Shown here piece after piece: positions 41,867 through 52,465 of a stretch of DNA of 64,000 nt. The position numbers and the translations under genes were made by a program. The DNA is from a virus, in the IMG/VR virus record IMGVR_UViG_3300031257_000001, positions 1 through 64,000 of that record; one strand, given 5' to 3'. The notes under the pieces are model-generated. The model was not told the origin of the DNA. It did no database searches and saw nothing but the letters and a program-made list of their open reading frames with translations. The stretch's first letter is position 1. Each line of letters starts with the position of its first letter.

Positions 41867-43095
41867 TCCGCGTCTTGAAGGTGTTCCGCTTCACGAACAA
41901 CGAGCGGAGCCGTGTGATCATCGGGACCGGCGCCCGGCTCCACCCTAAACTGAACAAGCTGATGCTCAAGCTGTCCGGCGGAGGCTACCCCACAGGACCG
42001 GACATCCAGGTTGCAACGTGGCTCTCTGTGCCAAGGAGTGTCAAGAAGTGGCTGGTGTTCTTCGCTGACTCCGTGACGCCAAAGGATGGCTCGAATATCC
42101 AAGTGACGCACTTGGGCTACCGGCTTTCTGACGACGGTGTCACCCCCCTGTATTGGGACGGAGCGACGTGGCGAGCGCCGGTTGGATCAGAGTGGAACAC
42201 CGATGCCGAAGTCAACGTTGGCATCGAGTCATTCCCGGTGTCGAACACAGCCATCCAAGTCATCATCAACCTCCGGACCGATGACCCGGCCTTCACGCCC
42301 GAGGTCACCGAGGTGCGCCTGGCATACGAGTCAGACGTCCACTACCAGGAGGACTACATCAGGAGCCTCCTGCGTCTGATCCGTGAGCAGGTGAGGCCGA
42401 TCTCAGAGTACCAGCTGGAGGCCGATGGCCCGACTGACACAGTGGATCTGAACGCCATCGAGACGCCGTACAACATCGTTGGCGCTGATTCGGCCTTTGA
42501 CGCCACCGCCGATCCCAACCTTCAGACCGATTTGTTGGCTGGGTTCGACCCTGTCACCAAGGAAGTCACGCTGTCCACGCCGGTGCCAGATGGCAACACC
42601 ATACAGGTGCGCTTCTTGTACGAACCGGAAGTGGCGCTGACGACCAGCCAAGACTACACAGAGTTGGACAAGGTTCCTGCCATCGTCATCGATGACGTCA
42701 CGACCGGGCAGAGCCACGAGGTAAGCATGCAGCACGTCATCAACAAGGCCACGGGCGGTGGGCTAGCTTGGGACTCCCTGTTCCAGGTTGACATCGAAGT
42801 CCCGATGAGGATGGTCACAGACAAGGCAGTGGATCAACAGCGTCTCGCAGATGCGATGAAGACGCTTTTTGCCAGCAATCCGTTTCTGGTGTCGCTTGCA
42901 AGGGATGAGCGCTACCGGCTGTGGATGACCGATGAATATGACCAGCTAACCTTTCCAGCGCAATCGGAGCTTCACTCTGGAAGGCTTCGTGCCCGGATTG
43001 CCAAAGCGCTATTCTCCCCGACGGACGCCCGAACGATCACCGGTGTCAAGCGGGTCATAGTAACCGGCGGCAATCTTGAGCTGGAAGCACCATAG
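41863..43095 (+). CDS. Putative tail terminator/collar protein
   Basis: Directly upstream of the sheath gene. Confidence 0.5.
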   Translation: MIRVLKVFRFTNNERSRVIIGTGARLHPKLNKLMLKLSGGGYPTGPDIQVATWLSVPRSVKKWLVFFADSVTPKDGSNIQVTHLGYRLSDDGVTPLYWDGATWRAPVGSEWNTDAEVNVGIESFPVSNTAIQVIINLRTDDPAFTPEVTEVRLAYESDVHYQEDYIRSLLRLIREQVRPISEYQLEADGPTDTVDLNAIETPYNIVGADSAFDATADPNLQTDLLAGFDPVTKEVTLSTPVPDGNTIQVRFLYEPEVALTTSQDYTELDKVPAIVIDDVTTGQSHEVSMQHVINKATGGGLAWDSLFQVDIEVPMRMVTDKAVDQQRLADAMKTLFASNPFLVSLARDERYRLWMTDEYDQLTFPAQSELHSGRLRARIAKALFSPTDARTITGVKRVIVTGGNLELEAP

Positions 43096-43108
43096 GAGAT
43101 GATGAGAC

Positions 43109-45424
43109 ATGGCAGTTCGTAGGTTCGGCCCGACTCGCGGCGCAGGTACACGGATTGAAGAGCAAGAGGGCGACAAGACCATCACCCCCGGCGCTCTTGG
43201 TTTTACTGGCTATGCCGGCATGTTCGAGAAGGGGCCTGTTGGGGCGATGAAGATTTGCACCACCAAGGCTGAATTCCTCAAGTGGTACGGCGGTGTCATC
43301 GACGAAAGCCTGGCGCCCGATTCGGCGCTGGACTTCTATGACTTGGCCAACGGCGCTGGTGGGATTGTTCTCATCAGGGTGACGGATGGCAACGAAGTGG
43401 AGTCAGAGCTGACTCTGTACGCTCGGGACGCTGATGACAACATTCCCATGGGCAAGGTGACCGCCAAGAACGGCGGCCGTTGGGGTGGCCGCGCCAAGGT
43501 GCTGGTGGGCGACCTCGACAGTTCTGGCGACCTGACGAATACGACGCTACAGCTGGGCGCCGCCATCGCCGCCAACTTCACCACCGATGAATGGAAGGAC
43601 GCATACATTGGGTTGGACGCGGTGGCCAACGAGCGTTACCCGGTGATTGGTAGCACCAACACGGGGCTCCTCACCGTTGCCGCAGACCAGAAGATGCTGG
43701 ACGATTGGAATGACGCGGCCGTCCCGACCAACCTGCGTTTCTACGCGATGTTGGAGGACAACGGGCGCAACATTGCCGTCAGGATCGATGACGGTGAAGA
43801 GGACAGCTCCGGCCAGTTCAGCTTGGAGATATTCCTGGACGGAGTGCCTGTCAAGAAGTACGGCAATCTCCATACGGACCCGACCCATGCGCGCTACTGG
43901 GTTGAGGTCATCAACAGCGACCTCGGGAACGCATGGATTGACGTGGAGGACCTGTTCACGGGCGCACACACAGCCAGCACGCGCGCGGCCAACTTCTATG
44001 GCGCTTCGGTTTCCGTCACCGCAACCAAGCTGGACATCGATCTGCGCAAGCTGCAGCTCAACTGCCCTTCGGGAGCCGTCCCGACGTTGGTCATGGGGAC
44101 CACCATCGCTGAGCACATGGCGCAGGTGTTGACGCTGACCATGACCAGTGCCTCTGACTTCACAGTTGTGTCCGATAAATTCGGTGCAATTGGATCTGGA
44201 ACGTTGGGGGTGGAATTCTTGACGGCAGTTCCAACCTTCAACAAGTTCGTTCCGCCATTCACGATGGACAACGGTACTGGCTCACTGGCCTCCGGCGACA
44301 TCATCGCCGTTCACTACGTCCCCTTGCCTGCCAACGACCTCGTGGGTGGCAGACTGTGGCCTGACAAGCCGAACTTCTCGCTGGATGAGTTCAGAATCGT
44401 CGCCAACGATCATGAGAGCGTCACGGTCGCCCCGGGCGCAGACCTCACCGCTCTCGCGACTCCGGGCGATGAGTACATGATTGCAGCTCCCATCCCGCTG
44501 GTGAGCGGTCGCGATGGGAACGCGGATGTGTTGGACACTGACTACGAGGACCAGGCGTGGGACACCTCGGACAGTCCGTTCAACGACATCGACGGCAAGA
44601 ACTTGGGCTTGGTTAAGTTCGGCACCCCCGGCGTCACCTCCACTTCCGTCCAGAAGGCCGGTGTGGCCTACGCAGAGGCCAAGAATCACCAGTACAGGGT
44701 GGAGGTGCCAGCAAACGTCACGACCGACAACGGCGCGTTGTCGTACATCAACGACACCATCGGGCGCTCCGACCACAGCGTGGTCAGCTTCCCGTCCTAT
44801 GGCAACGTGCCCGACCCGAACCCTGAAGCACAGCGCGAGGGCAGAACCAAGCTCACCACTGCCACTGGGATGATCCACGGCCGCGAAGCCTCCATGGTGC
44901 GTGACTACGAGGGTTATCACAAGGCGGCAGCCGGCGTGGATGCCACGTTGCCCAAGCTCTTGGCCATCCCGACCGGCGACCGCAAGTTGGATGAGGAGCG
45001 CCTGAACCCGGCAGGGATCAGCATCATCAGGAAGGTGCGCGGTGGCTTTGTCATCTGGGGCGACCGGACCCTGAACCGCGACCCCAATTGGAAGTGGAAG
45101 CACCAGCGCGAGCAGATGTCGTACTACGAGCATGTGCTCCAGGAAAACTTTGATTTCATCATCTTTGCCATCAACGATCCTGACACTGATCGCTTGGCAG
45201 AGACCACGCTGGTTGCATTCTTCCTTCCCGAGTTCGTGAAGCGAGCGTTGCGCGGCGACACGTTCCAGGCAGCAGCCATCATCAAGGTGGATGAAGAGCT
45301 CAATATGAACGCCACACGGGACGCCGGCGACCTCTATGCTGAGGTGTCGCTCCGACTCGCGGACACGGTGGAGCGGTTCATCATCCGCATCGGCAAGCAG
45401 GGCATTTTCGAGCAGGTGGCATAA
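43109..45424 (+). CDS. Contractile tail sheath
   Basis: FEKGPVG, KNGGRWG, GYHKAAAG, LNPAGI...IWGDRTL, VERFII. Confidence 0.92.
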   Translation: MAVRRFGPTRGAGTRIEEQEGDKTITPGALGFTGYAGMFEKGPVGAMKICTTKAEFLKWYGGVIDESLAPDSALDFYDLANGAGGIVLIRVTDGNEVESELTLYARDADDNIPMGKVTAKNGGRWGGRAKVLVGDLDSSGDLTNTTLQLGAAIAANFTTDEWKDAYIGLDAVANERYPVIGSTNTGLLTVAADQKMLDDWNDAAVPTNLRFYAMLEDNGRNIAVRIDDGEEDSSGQFSLEIFLDGVPVKKYGNLHTDPTHARYWVEVINSDLGNAWIDVEDLFTGAHTASTRAANFYGASVSVTATKLDIDLRKLQLNCPSGAVPTLVMGTTIAEHMAQVLTLTMTSASDFTVVSDKFGAIGSGTLGVEFLTAVPTFNKFVPPFTMDNGTGSLASGDIIAVHYVPLPANDLVGGRLWPDKPNFSLDEFRIVANDHESVTVAPGADLTALATPGDEYMIAAPIPLVSGRDGNADVLDTDYEDQAWDTSDSPFNDIDGKNLGLVKFGTPGVTSTSVQKAGVAYAEAKNHQYRVEVPANVTTDNGALSYINDTIGRSDHSVVSFPSYGNVPDPNPEAQREGRTKLTTATGMIHGREASMVRDYEGYHKAAAGVDATLPKLLAIPTGDRKLDEERLNPAGISIIRKVRGGFVIWGDRTLNRDPNWKWKHQREQMSYYEHVLQENFDFIIFAINDPDTDRLAETTLVAFFLPEFVKRALRGDTFQAAAIIKVDEELNMNATRDAGDLYAEVSLRLADTVERFIIRIGKQGIFEQVA

Positions 45425-45451
45425 TCAGAGCCGCCAGGGAGTGACACGACC

Positions 45452-45916
45452 ATGAGAGCAATTCTGAAGCGCAGCCTGGGAGAGGGCGGTTCATTCATCG
45501 GCGACTCGCACGGTGATGACAACCTGTACGATGTGCTCAAGGCACTCGCCTTGGCAGCGTGCGAATCGGTGGACGTCCTGCAAGCGACACCCTCGGCCGC
45601 GGTGATTGCCAGCAAGCTGATCAAGGAGCCCACGAGGCTGTCCGGGTTCGGCATCAGCCTCGGCACCACAGGGACCGTGTCGGGGACCACGACCGTCATC
45701 GTCAACAAGAATGGCACGCCATTGGTGGGCGTCACGCTGTCCATCGCCTACACCGAGGACGATGGCACGTCAAAGTTCCTGTCGGCTGACGACTTCGGTG
45801 ACATCGACTTCGATCAGGGGGACATCCTCACGATCGAGACCACAGTGGCGACATCCACTGGCCCGGCAAACCTGTTGGCCACTGCCGAACTCAACCCCAT
45901 CAAGGTGGAGGCGTAA
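45452..45916 (+). CDS. Hypothetical virion protein between sheath and tube
   Basis: Beta-rich ORF. Confidence 0.55.
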   Translation: MRAILKRSLGEGGSFIGDSHGDDNLYDVLKALALAACESVDVLQATPSAAVIASKLIKEPTRLSGFGISLGTTGTVSGTTTVIVNKNGTPLVGVTLSIAYTEDDGTSKFLSADDFGDIDFDQGDILTIETTVATSTGPANLLATAELNPIKVEA

Positions 45917-45974
45917 GCCGAAATCCACCCTGCCGGAGGCTTCCCAAGGCTGACCTGCCGATTGGAGACACGAG

Positions 45975-46412
45975 ATGAAGGGCGAGATCCAACCAGACCA
46001 CATCCCGCTGAACAAGTATGAGTTCCTGGTCATAGGACTCATTCCACTGACGGCCGTGGAGGTCAGCGGCATCGAGGATGAGCTGGAGACCACCCAGCTG
46101 CCCGATCGCACCGTCGCCTCCGGCGGGAACCGCGGACCCACCGAGTTCGAGCTTACCATCCCGATGCACCACCAGACGGAGCGCGCCGCCATGGAGGTGT
46201 GGTTCAGGGAAAGCCAGGACCCGGTGCTGCCGACATACAAAAAACCCTGCACGCTTCTCCACAAGAGCATCAGCGGCGCCACCACGTGTTCATACACGCT
46301 CGTGGGGGTGTTCCCCAAGAAGCGGGCGCTGCCTGATTTGGATAAGGCGAACGAGGGCGAGCTGGCGAACGTGGTATGGACCATGTCAGCTGACGACGTG
46401 TTCCCGCTGTAG
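45975..46412 (+). CDS. Tail tube protein (gp19-like)
   Basis: EVSG.E.E...W...K.CTL...Y.L.GVFP.K...PDLD. Confidence 0.8.
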   Translation: MKGEIQPDHIPLNKYEFLVIGLIPLTAVEVSGIEDELETTQLPDRTVASGGNRGPTEFELTIPMHHQTERAAMEVWFRESQDPVLPTYKKPCTLLHKSISGATTCSYTLVGVFPKKRALPDLDKANEGELANVVWTMSADDVFPL

Positions 46413-46488
46413 CGCGTACCGCAACAACAGAACCACCGTTCGGTGGACCTATCAAGGCGGGCCATGACTCGCCGATTGGAGGTGGCCG

Positions 46489-47367
46489 ATGACAGAACAG
46501 AAAGCAGTCTTTGAGGCTCCGACCGAGGCGCCGGCGGAGTCTGGTGAGGCGTCAAAGCGCCGAATCGTTACGATGGAGGCATGGGGCAAGAAGCTCCCCA
46601 TCGGCATCCCGACCGCGGAAGGACTGCTGAACAAGAGCTTCAGCACCCGGCCTTGGAAAACCAAGGACGAACGCAAGTTGGGGAAGCTCAAGAAGCCCGA
46701 CATGAGCTTGGGTAGCTACGTGGGGGCCATCGTGGCCACCATGTGCGACTCCATCGGCGACACGAACCTATCCGCCATCGAAAAGCAGGAGGAACGACAA
46801 GTCCACATACAGCGCATGTACATGGGCGACGTGTTCTACATCTACTGCTGGCTGCGTCACGAGGCGATGGGCGACCAACTCAAAGTGAGCTTCACCTGCC
46901 CAACTTGTCAAAAGAAGCTGCCATATGTGGGCAACCTACTGACGTCCGAGGTGGCCGTGGTGGACAGCATCGAGGCGCTGCGCTGGGCGCATGAACTACA
47001 TGATCCAATCCGGCTCCGTGGCAAGGATGTGACCAAGTTCCAGATGTCCACATCACGGTGGTCAACGATCGATGGCCACCGTGGCTCACGTGACGACGCA
47101 AACGCCAAGGTCACCGCGGTCCGCGGCTCCATCGTCGCCCTCAATGACGATAATGACGCGGTCGCCCTCGGGGAAGCGGAGCTTGATGATCTCACCAAGC
47201 GCGACCTGGAGGCGTTGGCAGAGCAAATTGACGAGCGCTTCATGGGGCCGAACATGGCTCTGGAAGGGAAGTGCACCCCGGAGATGTGCCCCATGGGTGG
47301 GGGCTACGATTTCAGGGTGCCCATTGACTGGAGTTACAACAGTTTTTTCAGTGGTTCCTCCAAGTAA
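46489..47367 (+). CDS. Tail/baseplate assembly chaperone (pre-frameshift product)
   Basis: Between tube and tape measure; CPTC; ends at a slippery FF. Confidence 0.75.
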   Translation: MTEQKAVFEAPTEAPAESGEASKRRIVTMEAWGKKLPIGIPTAEGLLNKSFSTRPWKTKDERKLGKLKKPDMSLGSYVGAIVATMCDSIGDTNLSAIEKQEERQVHIQRMYMGDVFYIYCWLRHEAMGDQLKVSFTCPTCQKKLPYVGNLLTSEVAVVDSIEALRWAHELHDPIRLRGKDVTKFQMSTSRWSTIDGHRGSRDDANAKVTAVRGSIVALNDDNDAVALGEAELDDLTKRDLEALAEQIDERFMGPNMALEGKCTPEMCPMGGGYDFRVPIDWSYNSFFSGSSK

Positions 47368-47573
47368 AAAATCCCGCCCTAATCCGCAAGGAGGTGTTCC
47401 TGCTTTCCTATGGTACCAAGGGCGGGTTCACCTATGGCGACATCATGGAGATGGAGCCATCGGAGCGGGAGGCGTACTTGGAGGTGCTGAACGAGCAACT
47501 GGAGCGCGAGAACCGGGAGATCAAGCGCGCCCAAGGTAAAACTAAGGGCGGTAGGAGCAAGCCCCGCAAATAG
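47343..47573 (+). CDS. -1 frameshift extension of the tail chaperone
   Basis: T TTT TTC at 47343-47349; -1 frame ...KEVFLLSYGTKGGFTYGDIMEMEPSEREAYLEVLNEQLEREN... stops at 47573, just before the TMP. Confidence 0.8.
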   Translation, partial: FFQWFLQVKNPALIRKEVFLLSYGTKGGFTYGDIMEMEPSEREAYLEVLNEQLERENREIKRAQGKTKGGRSKPRK

Positions 47574-47585
47574 AGGCAAATCAAG

Positions 47586-50237
47586 ATGGCACTGGAGCGA
47601 GTTGGACTAGGCGGCATGATGACGTTCAACGCCGCGCGGGCCGTTCGCGGAATGAACCAGGCCTCGACTGCCGCCGGCCGACTCCAAGCATCCACAACCC
47701 GACTGAGCGCCGCTACGGCCCGGAGTGGCGGCGTGTATCGGGACGCCAGCGGGAAGTTCCGCGACGCATCTGGCCGCTTTGCCAAGATGCCGCAGACGAT
47801 GAACCGGGCGTCGATGAGCTTCCAGAAGTTCGGATCGACCGCCGGCGGCGTTGTCAGCAGCGTGGGAAGGGGCGTCCAGCGGCTTGGAGGTGCCATCACC
47901 AAGTTGGGGATGGCTGCCACCGCCCTCGGTGTGGTGTTCGGGCTCGGGGTCAAGAAGGCAGCCGACTTCGAGCAACAGATGTCGGCGGTGAAAGCCATCA
48001 CCGGAGCCACGGGTGCGGACTTCGCGCGGCTGGAGGACAAAGCCAAGCAGATGGGCGCGACCACTGTGTTCAGCGCAACACAGTCGGGTGAGGCCATGGA
48101 AGCTCTTGCCCGGGCCGGCTTCAGCACCTCCGAGACGATTGATGCCCTCGGGGGTGTCATGGCGGCCGCTGCCGCAGACTCCATGCCGTTGGCAACGGCT
48201 GCCCAGATCACATCCCAGGTGATCAGAGCCATGGGGTTGGAGGCAGGGGAGGCAAACCGTGTGGCAGACGTGCTCGCGTTGACCAGCGCGCGCACGAACA
48301 CCGATATCATCGGCCTCGGGGAGGCGTTCAAGTTCGCCGCTGCCCAGTCCAAGATCATGGGAATCGATCTGGAGACCACCGCGTCTGCCATCGGTGTGAT
48401 CTCAGACGCCGGCATCCGTGGAACCCTCGCTGGCACATCCTTCACGAACATGTTGGTCAAGCTGTCTCGGCCGAGTAGCAAAGCCACCAAGCTCATGAAG
48501 AAGTATGGCATGGCAGTCTTTGAAACTGCCGAGGGGAATCTGGACTTGCGCAAGACGCTCGCCAGCGTGGGCGCCGGTCTGAAGGATGTCACCTCAAAGA
48601 CCAAGCGCGCGGCCGCGATCACCGAGATATTCGGGATCAGGGGCCAGAAGGCCGTCAGCGCTATCGACCAGGCCATCACCTCCGGGAAGTTTGCCACCCT
48701 GTCCGCGGAGCTGGACAAGGCAAATGGCAAGGCCAAGGAGATGGCCGAAGTCAGACTGGCCAATCTGCATGGTGCCATCACCCTCGCCAAGTCTGCCATG
48801 GAGGGATTCTGGATTGAGACGGCCGGGCTGTTCCTGGGGCCGATTCAGGGGAAGATCAAGGGATTCACCAAATTGCTAGGTGGTGTTGTCACCGCATTGC
48901 AGCTCATTAGCACAGGGGTGGATGAAAATGACGAAAGGTGGCGAAAGCTTTCCCCAACCGTGAGGTCTGTTGCCAAAGGGATTCGCCAAGGAATCGACGA
49001 CATCAAAGCTGGCGTGAAATGGTTAGGTTCACAGTGGGATGCGCTGATGACGCAATTCGGTGTGACCTCGCCTGAGACGATACAGTGGATTTCACGCATA
49101 GCTACTGTCCTCGCCATTGCTGCCGCAGTGTTGGGCCCTGTTATTCTTGTTGCAGGAATGGCACTAACGGCGATTGGGGGTGTGATTGCTGCTATCGGCG
49201 CCGGGATTGCTGCCATCGCAGCAGCTGGGTGGCCACTCATCCTCGCTGCAATTGGCGCAGCGGTCAGTGCCATAGCCATGGTGGCTACGGCAATTGGAGT
49301 GGTTCTGGGCGTTTTGGCCGTGTTGAAAGCTGATGGGATCAAAGTCTCAGAAGCATTGCGTTTGGGGATACAGCTAGTTTCAGCAGCATGGAATTGGCTA
49401 GTTCAAAACGCCATCAAGCCATTCACCGACGCCATCAAGAAGGAAGTCCTTCCAGTATTTGTCAAATTCAAAGCATCCGCACAGACCACACTGATGTACA
49501 TCTCCATGAAGTGGAGTGAGGTATTCAGTGGTGCCATTCAGATTGTGCGAAGGCTGACACCAGTTTTCAGGCTGGTATTCCGCACGCTGGGCAAAATCGT
49601 TGGAGCATTTGCCGCTGTTACCGGAATTGCGATGCGTGCAATCGTCCAATTCACCCGTCCTGTGATCGGTGCATTTGTGGCCATTGGAAAGGTGATAGTG
49701 GAATCCGTCATCAGCGTTTTGATCAAGATGGTGGCCATATTGGTAAAGGCCGGGGATGCTATCAAGGCTGTGACTGGAAAGGATCTGATTCCAAAGGAAC
49801 TACGTGAAATTGGCACCACCAATTTTGAATTCTTGCCAACAGGCGCGCCAGACACCTCTGTGGCCGGTTTGATAGGGAAGGGGACCGGAACCAGAGATGT
49901 GGCGGGGATGATCGACTGGACACTGGAGGACATGGCCAACACCATTGGTGAGGGCGTCGCGCAAGGAGCAACAGAAGGTGTGTCTGATGGGTTGGCAAAA
50001 CAGAAAGGGGCTGCATCAGCGCCCGGAAGCACCAAAGTGGATCTCAGCGTTGGTGGTGGAGCGCCAATCAAGGTTGACACAAAGGTTGACATCGATGGAC
50101 ATGAAGTTGCAAGGGCAACAGGCCACGCAAGGCTGGAAATATCTGAACGGGCTGGATTCCAAGCAACTCCATGGCAACGTCGACTGATCATTGAACAAGG
50201 ATTCGCACCATCAGGCGGAATGACGGGAGGGTTTTAG
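47586..50237 (+). CDS. Tape measure protein (TP901-like core)
   Basis: AADFEQQMSAVKAITGAT...TVFSATQ...GIRGTLAGT; hydrophobic segments. Confidence 0.92.
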   Translation: MALERVGLGGMMTFNAARAVRGMNQASTAAGRLQASTTRLSAATARSGGVYRDASGKFRDASGRFAKMPQTMNRASMSFQKFGSTAGGVVSSVGRGVQRLGGAITKLGMAATALGVVFGLGVKKAADFEQQMSAVKAITGATGADFARLEDKAKQMGATTVFSATQSGEAMEALARAGFSTSETIDALGGVMAAAAADSMPLATAAQITSQVIRAMGLEAGEANRVADVLALTSARTNTDIIGLGEAFKFAAAQSKIMGIDLETTASAIGVISDAGIRGTLAGTSFTNMLVKLSRPSSKATKLMKKYGMAVFETAEGNLDLRKTLASVGAGLKDVTSKTKRAAAITEIFGIRGQKAVSAIDQAITSGKFATLSAELDKANGKAKEMAEVRLANLHGAITLAKSAMEGFWIETAGLFLGPIQGKIKGFTKLLGGVVTALQLISTGVDENDERWRKLSPTVRSVAKGIRQGIDDIKAGVKWLGSQWDALMTQFGVTSPETIQWISRIATVLAIAAAVLGPVILVAGMALTAIGGVIAAIGAGIAAIAAAGWPLILAAIGAAVSAIAMVATAIGVVLGVLAVLKADGIKVSEALRLGIQLVSAAWNWLVQNAIKPFTDAIKKEVLPVFVKFKASAQTTLMYISMKWSEVFSGAIQIVRRLTPVFRLVFRTLGKIVGAFAAVTGIAMRAIVQFTRPVIGAFVAIGKVIVESVISVLIKMVAILVKAGDAIKAVTGKDLIPKELREIGTTNFEFLPTGAPDTSVAGLIGKGTGTRDVAGMIDWTLEDMANTIGEGVAQGATEGVSDGLAKQKGAASAPGSTKVDLSVGGGAPIKVDTKVDIDGHEVARATGHARLEISERAGFQATPWQRRLIIEQGFAPSGGMTGGF

Positions 50238-51056
50238 ATGGGACTTGGACACGCTGCCATAGGCATCGGTGCGACACTCTTAAGCAAATTCCTGTCGCTC
50301 AAGACGTGGACGCTCACAAACAACGACAGCCGTGAGGTACTCAAAGGTCAGTTCCCGGCTGAAAATGTTACCCGAGGTGCTGGGAGCAATTACCAAGTCA
50401 CAACCGCACTGAATCGCCAGAATCCCATTATCCAGTTTATCAATGGCGAGTTGGACACATTGAGCGTCCAGTCGCGCTTCTGGCGCAAAGATCTGTTCGA
50501 TGAGGCTCCCACCGACCGCATCGACAAGCTTCTGGAATGGACTCGTGTTGACAAAAAGCTCAGACGGCCGCCGATATTGACTTTTGCTCTGGGCGATGGC
50601 TTGGGACTTACGATGCAAGTTGTCCTGGAAAAGGTGGACAGCATCGTGTATGGGAACCCGAACGCGCTAGGTGGCATCCGCGAGGTTTCGTTCAGTCTGT
50701 CGATGCGTTCGCAGGTTCCGTTCGACATCAACGAGACCGAGGTTACCGACACACGTTATCACCGCGTCAAAGAAGGTGAATTCTATGAGTTGATTGCACA
50801 ACGTGAGTATGGCAATCCCATGCTAGGGATCTTCATCCGGCGTTTACATCCGACCAAGCCGATCGCAAACCCTGGTGATGTGGTGAAACTCCCGGCAGTT
50901 GAGACTGCCAGAATTGCCGATTTACAACCTGACAGTACCCCTCTCAAAACAGCATTTGGCAACAAGGACACAGAACAGCGACGGAACCGCATTCGGCATT
51001 TTGAATTACGTTCTGAATCCAGCGTGTCGTTTCTGTTCCAGTCGGCAAGGAAGTGA
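50238..51056 (+). CDS. Tail tube initiator with LysM-like domain
   Basis: Follows the TMP; YHRVKEGE...IAQREYGNP. Confidence 0.7.
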   Translation: MGLGHAAIGIGATLLSKFLSLKTWTLTNNDSREVLKGQFPAENVTRGAGSNYQVTTALNRQNPIIQFINGELDTLSVQSRFWRKDLFDEAPTDRIDKLLEWTRVDKKLRRPPILTFALGDGLGLTMQVVLEKVDSIVYGNPNALGGIREVSFSLSMRSQVPFDINETEVTDTRYHRVKEGEFYELIAQREYGNPMLGIFIRRLHPTKPIANPGDVVKLPAVETARIADLQPDSTPLKTAFGNKDTEQRRNRIRHFELRSESSVSFLFQSARK

Positions 51057-51061
51057 TGTAG

Positions 51062-52465
51062 ATGGTTGATGGTTCGGCCGGAGCAGCATCGGGAGCTTCT
51101 GCATATGGTGAATCCAAATCAGTCTCACCATATGCTCCTGGTGACATCTCATCAAATGCTATTGGTTACACATTGAGCGTCAACAACAAGGCGATCAATG
51201 CAGGGATCCGACGGCTCGTCCAGCGCGTGGAATTCGAGTCCAGCGACGGCATGGCGGACCTTGCCCGGCTCAATATCATCGACCCCATTGACGACCAAGG
51301 GAACCTCCCCATCCGCGATTCCCAGACGTTCGCAGTCGGCAACACGCTCGGAATCTTTGGCGGATATGGCGGAAACATCAAGCACATCGGCCATGCTGTT
51401 ATTCGCAGAGTCCGCACGGTGTACCCGCAGGAGGGACAACCCACAATGCAGATTGTGGGTTACAGTCGTGACTCCGAAATGGCAGATAACAGTCCACCAC
51501 CTCTGACTGATGTGGAACAGGCGGAGCAGGAGGCAATCCAGGAGGCGCAAGGCGGAGGGCGGAAGCGCCGGGGGAAGGGCCCGAAGCCGGGCCGGCGCTT
51601 CGCTGACGCCAAGTTCAGCGAAGCTGTGCGGTTACGGGCTGAACAGTATGGGTTCGATATTGATGTGGATGACACTCCGGATCCGCCCCACGACTTCATC
51701 CAGAAGGTCGGCCTGTCGGACTATGACTTTGTACAGGGGCTGTCGAACATCACGGGCTTCATGTTCTGGGTAGATTCCAACAAGGATGGCAAGTGGATGC
51801 TCCACTTCAAGGATCCCGACAAGATCAAGCCTGGAGACCTCGGGCAAGACAAGGAGCACAACTTCAAGTGGAATGAGGGTGACTTCTCCACGCTGCTGAC
51901 TTTCGAGCCCGAGATTGCCATTCAGGGCTCGGTCACACAATTCAAGGCGGTGGCCAAGGACGCCATCACCGGGCAAACAGTGGAAGTGGATCTCAAGGAG
52001 GATGCGGACACGCCCGACCCGGTGAGCCCTCCCGGCGGCTCAACGTTCGACCTGGACAACCCGCCTCAGCTGCGAGAGGTCGGGCAGAACGTCGTGACTG
52101 GCGAGCTGGTCTCTGGTTCGTCCATCAAGCTGTACGTGGGCGACTTCAGCTTTGGGATCAAGGCGAACCGGCGCTTCAAGGATGCTGACGAGCTGTCCCG
52201 ATGGGCTCGCCAGTGGTGGCGACGGAACCGCGACAACTTCATCCAGGCACGCTGCCGCCTCATCGGCGTGGAGACGCTCCGCGCCCGCCAGACGCACGTC
52301 CTCAGCGGGGTGGGCGTGGCCCTCACAGGTCAGTACTACTTTACGCGGGTGAGACACACATTCGATGGGAACGGCTACAGTCTCGACTGCAATGTGCGGA
52401 AGATCATCGTGGCACCACCCCCGGCGGCGTCTGTGGCGTTTCTGAGTCCACCGGGAGCCTTTTGA
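51062..52465 (+). CDS. Baseplate hub (P2 gpD-like)
   Basis: Q..LSDYDF..LS...GF.FWV; G.YY..RVRH.FD..GY. Confidence 0.8.
   Translation: MVDGSAGAASGASAYGESKSVSPYAPGDISSNAIGYTLSVNNKAINAGIRRLVQRVEFESSDGMADLARLNIIDPIDDQGNLPIRDSQTFAVGNTLGIFGGYGGNIKHIGHAVIRRVRTVYPQEGQPTMQIVGYSRDSEMADNSPPPLTDVEQAEQEAIQEAQGGGRKRRGKGPKPGRRFADAKFSEAVRLRAEQYGFDIDVDDTPDPPHDFIQKVGLSDYDFVQGLSNITGFMFWVDSNKDGKWMLHFKDPDKIKPGDLGQDKEHNFKWNEGDFSTLLTFEPEIAIQGSVTQFKAVAKDAITGQTVEVDLKEDADTPDPVSPPGGSTFDLDNPPQLREVGQNVVTGELVSGSSIKLYVGDFSFGIKANRRFKDADELSRWARQWWRRNRDNFIQARCRLIGVETLRARQTHVLSGVGVALTGQYYFTRVRHTFDGNGYSLDCNVRKIIVAPPPAASVAFLSPPGAF

Noticed and set aside
47072-47539. 155-aa plus-strand ORF as the chaperone extension
   Set aside because: Wrong frame; the -1 frame from the slippery site gives the chaperone-like sequence
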